Below are positions 59,774 through 64,000 of a DNA stretch of 64,000 bases, piece after piece (position 1 is the stretch's first letter; the number at the start of each line of letters is the position of its first letter). The stretch covers positions 160,001 to 224,000 of the forward strand of contig CBDDEL010000013.1 in NCBI GenBank assembly GCA_965226885.1. The letters are read 5' to 3'. The position numbers and the translations under genes are program-made. Below the pieces are notes generated by a model. That model did no database searches. It was not told the DNA's origin and saw nothing but the letters and a program-made list of their open reading frames with translations. This DNA is from Opitutales bacterium (lineage in GTDB: Bacteria; Verrucomicrobiota; Verrucomicrobiia; Opitutales; UBA2987).

Positions 59774-62410
59774 ATGATGAAAAAGCTGGAAGATATTTTG
59801 CGCCGATTTCTGGAAATGTGGATCGGCATCGTTTTGCGTTGGCCGGGCACAGTTCTGGCTCTTTCCGTGTTGTTGAGCGTTTTCGTTTACCACTATACGG
59901 CCAACAACCTAAAGATAAACACCAATACCGGCGACATGATCTCTGCGGAGCTGCCGTTCCGCAAAACTTACGCCCATTATCAGGAAGTTTTTCCCCAATA
60001 CCCGGACGGTCTGGCCATCGCGGTGGAAGCCGACACGCCGGAATTCGCCCAGGAAGGTGCCCGAATATTGTCCCGGCGGTTGCAGGCGGACACGGCCCAT
60101 TTCATGAATACCTATCTGCCTCGGGGAGGGAAATTCCTGGAGGAAAATGGTCTCATGTTTCTCTCCCTGGATAAACTGGAGGACCTGACCGACAACCTGG
60201 CCAAAGCGCAGCCACTGCTGGCCTCCCTCCATCGCGACCCGAGCTTGCGCGGGCTCCTCGATATGCTGGAAATCGGCATTGAGGTGTTAGCGGAGGACGA
60301 AGATTTGAATCTCGATCCGGTCTTTGCCAGAATCAATGAAGCATTCCAGGCCAATCTCGAGGACAGGCCCTTCTATCTCTCCTGGCAGGAGGTGATGGGC
60401 GACAAGGATGCCAGCGCGGAAGATCGCCGCCGCCTGGTTTTGACGCAGGCCGTTTTCGATTACAATCAACTCCTTCCGGCATCCAAAATTTTGGAAAAAA
60501 TCCACTCCATCGGCAGAGAACTGGATAAGGACGGCTCGAAGGGCATTCGGGTGCGGGTGACGGGCGGGGCCGCCCTCGGCCATGATGAGTTAAACAGCCT
60601 CATATCCGGCTCGACCGCTGCCGGGGCGGCCTCTTTAGCCCTCGTCCTGATCACGCTATCGATCGGTTTGCGTTCCATAGGGCTGGTGGGCGCTACATTT
60701 ACAATCCTCCTCATGGGCATTCTTTTCACTTCCGGTTTCGCCGCCTTGTCCATCGGATACCTGAACCTGATTTCAATTGCCTTCGCCATTCTTTATATCG
60801 GCATGGGGGTTGATTACGCCATCCACATCTGCTTGCGCTACCTCGCTTTTCTCCATCAGGGGCTTTCCCGGCACGAAGCCTTGAAGGCCAGCGTGCTCGA
60901 TATCGGCCCATCCATCTTTCTTTGCACTCTCTCCACTTCGATCGGGTTTTTCGCCTTTGTTCCCACCGATTACGCGGGCGTTTCCGAACTCGGACTGATC
61001 TCCGGCGCCGGCATGTTTATCAGCCTGTTTGTCAGCCTGACAGTGCTGCCTGCGATTCTCAAACTCTTGCCGGCTCCGAAGGCGACAAAGCTGGGTGTAC
61101 CGCTGATGGGCAAACTGCTGGAACCGTTGAAAACCCTCCCCACCCGCCATGCAAGTCCGATTCGCCTGCTCAGTTATGTATTTCTGTTCGTAGCTATTTT
61201 TGCGCTGCCCAATATTGTTTTTGATTACGATCCGCTTAAACTTCGCGATCCGACGGCCGAATCGATCGCCTTGGTCCAGGATATCATCGAAACGACGGGG
61301 AAACATCCCAGCACCATCATTGTTCTGGCCAAAGACGATGCCACCGCCCGTAGTTGGGCCGAAGAAATCGAGAACTTGAGCACCGTGGACAAGGTGGTGT
61401 CCATTCATAAATTCGTGCCCGATGAGCAGGAGGAAAAAAATTACCTGGTCGAAGACATCGACCTCATTTTAGGACCTCAAATGTTCGAATCCCCCCAAGA
61501 CGAACCGCCCGCTTATGAGGAACAAATTTTAAAAATCCGCAGTTTTCTGGCCACCCTGGAGGAAAATCCGAAAGGCGCCGAACGTTCAAAAGAGTTGGCC
61601 CGCACCGGCCAATTATTGAAAAAATTGCTGGAAACCCTGGAAAATGATAATTCCGAAAAAAGCGTTGCACGCGTGACGAACCTGGAAAACAGCCTGATGG
61701 CCACACTTCCCGTCTCCTTGGACACCCTGGAGACCTCGTTATCATCCGCTCCATTCACGAGGGATGATTTGCCGGAAGATCTATACCGGCGATGGGTCAG
61801 CGATGAGGGCGACTACCGCTTGCAGGTTTTTCCCCTTGAAAACATCAGCGATAACGATGCTCTCAAGCGATTCGTGAGCGAAGTGCGGACCATCTCCGTT
61901 GGGGCCACCGCTGGTCCGGTATTCATTCTCGAAGCGGGCAAAGCCATCATAGGCTCCTTTAAGAAGGCTTTTATCAGCGCGATCATTCTCATCGCCCTGC
62001 TCCTAGTGCTCGTTTTCCGAAACTTCCGCGACCCAATCTTCGTCCTTTTTCCGTTGGTAGTAGCCGGAACCCTGACTGGTGCAGCCACCGTGCTTCTCGA
62101 TATGCCGTTTAACTTTGCCAACATCATCGCTCTGCCCCTTTTGCTCGGTCTAGGGGTGGATAATGGTGTGCACATGGTTCATCGTCTCAGAAAACCGGTT
62201 CCGGAAAGCGCCACCTTGCTCCATACGAGCACGGCCAGGGGCATCTTTTTCAGCGCCTTGACTACTATTTTCAGTTTCGGCACACTTGGATTTTTATCTC
62301 ACCGGGGAACCGCCAGTATGGGCCAGCTCCTCACTTTGGGCGTGGCGCTCACTTTGCTTGTTACCCTGCTTGTATTGCCGGCCTTTTTGAAAAAGCCTAA
62401 ACGCGCTTAG
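59774..62410 (+). CDS. hpnN: Hopanoid-associated MMPL/RND transporter
   Basis: Two RND repeats; LNLISIAFAILYIGMGVDYAIH, FVPTDYAGVSELG, NFANIIALPLLLGLGVD, HRGTASMG. Confidence 0.9.
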   Translation: MMKKLEDILRRFLEMWIGIVLRWPGTVLALSVLLSVFVYHYTANNLKINTNTGDMISAELPFRKTYAHYQEVFPQYPDGLAIAVEADTPEFAQEGARILSRRLQADTAHFMNTYLPRGGKFLEENGLMFLSLDKLEDLTDNLAKAQPLLASLHRDPSLRGLLDMLEIGIEVLAEDEDLNLDPVFARINEAFQANLEDRPFYLSWQEVMGDKDASAEDRRRLVLTQAVFDYNQLLPASKILEKIHSIGRELDKDGSKGIRVRVTGGAALGHDELNSLISGSTAAGAASLALVLITLSIGLRSIGLVGATFTILLMGILFTSGFAALSIGYLNLISIAFAILYIGMGVDYAIHICLRYLAFLHQGLSRHEALKASVLDIGPSIFLCTLSTSIGFFAFVPTDYAGVSELGLISGAGMFISLFVSLTVLPAILKLLPAPKATKLGVPLMGKLLEPLKTLPTRHASPIRLLSYVFLFVAIFALPNIVFDYDPLKLRDPTAESIALVQDIIETTGKHPSTIIVLAKDDATARSWAEEIENLSTVDKVVSIHKFVPDEQEEKNYLVEDIDLILGPQMFESPQDEPPAYEEQILKIRSFLATLEENPKGAERSKELARTGQLLKKLLETLENDNSEKSVARVTNLENSLMATLPVSLDTLETSLSSAPFTRDDLPEDLYRRWVSDEGDYRLQVFPLENISDNDALKRFVSEVRTISVGATAGPVFILEAGKAIIGSFKKAFISAIILIALLLVLVFRNFRDPIFVLFPLVVAGTLTGAATVLLDMPFNFANIIALPLLLGLGVDNGVHMVHRLRKPVPESATLLHTSTARGIFFSALTTIFSFGTLGFLSHRGTASMGQLLTLGVALTLLVTLLVLPAFLKKPKRA

Positions 62411-62430
62411 AGCCTAAAACGGATCCATCA

Positions 62431-63417
62431 ATGGAAATTCTCGTCACAGGCGCCACAGGATTTGTCGGTTCCGCCGTCCTGCGCCTTTTATTGCAGGAAG
62501 GTCACAGCATGCGCGCCCTGGCCCGCGAAGGAAGCGACCGCAGAAACCTCAATGATCTCTCAGTAAAAATCGTCATCGGAGATCTTAATGACCGCGCGTC
62601 CCTCGATTCCGCCCTCCGCGGCTGCCAGGCGCTTTACCATGTGGCCGCCGATTATAGGTTATGGGTCCCCAAACCGGAGGAAATTTACAAAAACAACGTC
62701 GAAGGCACGCGCAATATCATGCAGGCCGCCGCCCAGGCTGGAGTCGGGCGTATAGTTTACACCAGCAGCGTGGCCGCCCTCGGCCTGCACTCCGATGGGA
62801 CTCCGGCTGACGAATTGACGCCCGTCTTCATCGACCATATGATCGGACATTACAAACGCTCCAAATTCCTGGCCGAGGAGGTCGTGCGGAAAATGGCGGT
62901 AGAAGAAGGATTGCCCGTCGTCATCGTCAATCCCTCCACTCCTGTCGGGCCGCGGGATATTAAACCAACCCCCACCGGCCGATTGATCCAGGATGCGGTT
63001 GGAGGAAAAATGGCCGCTTATGTCGATACCGGCCTCAACATCGTCCATGTCGATGATGTCGCCGCAGGGCATTTGCTGGCCTTTAAAAAAGGTGAAATCG
63101 GAGAGCGCTACATACTCGGTTCCGAAAACATGACGTTGCGGGAAATCTTAGGAGAAATCGCCCGCCTCGCAGGTAGGACGCCGCCGCACATTCGACTGCC
63201 CCACAACCTCGTTTTGCCCATTGCCTTTGCCATGGAAACTTGGGCCCGAATAACCGGTTGGTATGAACCCCAGGCCACCGTTGACAGCGTTCGAATGTCC
63301 AAAAAGAAAATGTTCTTTAGCATCGAAAAAGCCCGTCAAAAACTTGGTTACGAACCTCGCCCCGCCAATGAAGCTCTCCAAGCCGCCGTCAGTTGGTTTC
63401 AAGAGCAGCCCTCTTAA
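62431..63417 (+). CDS. hpnA: Hopanoid-associated NAD-dependent sugar epimerase
   Basis: VTGATGFVG, HVAADYRLW, YKRSK, GPRDIKPTPTG, YVDTGLN. Confidence 0.92.
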   Translation: MEILVTGATGFVGSAVLRLLLQEGHSMRALAREGSDRRNLNDLSVKIVIGDLNDRASLDSALRGCQALYHVAADYRLWVPKPEEIYKNNVEGTRNIMQAAAQAGVGRIVYTSSVAALGLHSDGTPADELTPVFIDHMIGHYKRSKFLAEEVVRKMAVEEGLPVVIVNPSTPVGPRDIKPTPTGRLIQDAVGGKMAAYVDTGLNIVHVDDVAAGHLLAFKKGEIGERYILGSENMTLREILGEIARLAGRTPPHIRLPHNLVLPIAFAMETWARITGWYEPQATVDSVRMSKKKMFFSIEKARQKLGYEPRPANEALQAAVSWFQEQPS

Positions 63418-63455
63418 ATCAATCAGTAAGGCAAATGCGGCCACCCTTACTGAAA

Positions 63456-64000
63456 TTAGAAACTGACCGGGTCTTGCTTGATGAATATCTGTTCCTGGAA
63501 AATGGGGCGGGGCCAACCGCGGAAGTTGTTTTCCACACTGCATTCAACAGGAACATTGCCAAGCCGGGTGTTCGCGCCCCAGATTCTGTAAGCGGCGCCG
63601 ATAACAATGGCCGGAATATTTTCGGTCTGCAGATCCCGAACCCGCACCATGGCTTCGCGTCGCTCATCGGGATTGACAGAGAAAAAGGCCTTCTTCATCT
63701 GAGCGGTTGCCTCCATTAACCATTTCGGACTTTCCTTGGAAGCATTACGATGCCAAAATGGTTGGTTGGGCGCCCAAGTCACCCAATGGTGAGGGGCGTC
63801 CAATGGATCGGCGGCTGCCCGCTGAAGGCTGGCAGCTATTTCGAATTCTCCATTCAGCTTGCGGGGAAAAAGGATTTCTTCTTCTCCAGGGTTCAGGTGG
63901 ACGCGGATTCCGATGTCTTTCCAATGGTCGGCGACCAGTTCGCAAAAATCCAGAAGTGCAGAGTTGTTGATGACATCGATTACTACCTCGAAAGGGGAGC
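63456..64000 (-). CDS. ABC substrate-binding protein family 5, C-terminal part (cut by window edge)
   Basis: Frame open from the window end: ELVADHWKDIGIRV...NPDERRE...LGNVP...EQIFIK. Confidence 0.75.
   Translation of the reverse strand, partial: SPFEVVIDVINNSALLDFCELVADHWKDIGIRVHLNPGEEEILFPRKLNGEFEIAASLQRAAADPLDAPHHWVTWAPNQPFWHRNASKESPKWLMEATAQMKKAFFSVNPDERREAMVRVRDLQTENIPAIVIGAAYRIWGANTRLGNVPVECSVENNFRGWPRPIFQEQIFIKQDPVSF

Overview
This is bacterial chromosomal DNA. An Opitutales/Verrucomicrobiota origin is inferred from protein styles and is not proven. About 15 kb (roughly 24%, hand-summed) is insertion sequence: five IS1380 copies or halves, four IS1-family copies, one IS21, one IS3 plus an orphan IS3 right end, and one IS5-like element. 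Several genes are truncated or split by these elements. The main accessory locus (5.3-18.2 kb) is one co-oriented 12-gene catabolic cluster. It encodes a GntR/FadR regulator with three operator-like sites, a three-subunit xanthine-oxidase-family molybdoenzyme, two paralogous amidohydrolases (one lacking metal ligands), a BMP-type nucleoside/purine ABC importer, and UbiX plus a UbiD-family decarboxylase. Its logic fits breakdown of an N-heterocycle; the best hypothesis is pteridine/lumazine to xanthine-8-carboxylate to xanthine. It converges on a YgeW-like carbamoyltransferase plus carbamate kinase pair that lies downstream of pyrR-pyrB-pyrC. The rest holds lptF/G, rpiB, a decayed LytS/LytTR system, an SLC13 transporter with a large secreted protein, higBA, obgE, and a partial hopanoid cluster (ispH, hpnH, hpnB, hpnM, mlaA, hpnN, hpnA). 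No rRNA, tRNA or CRISPR array was recognised.
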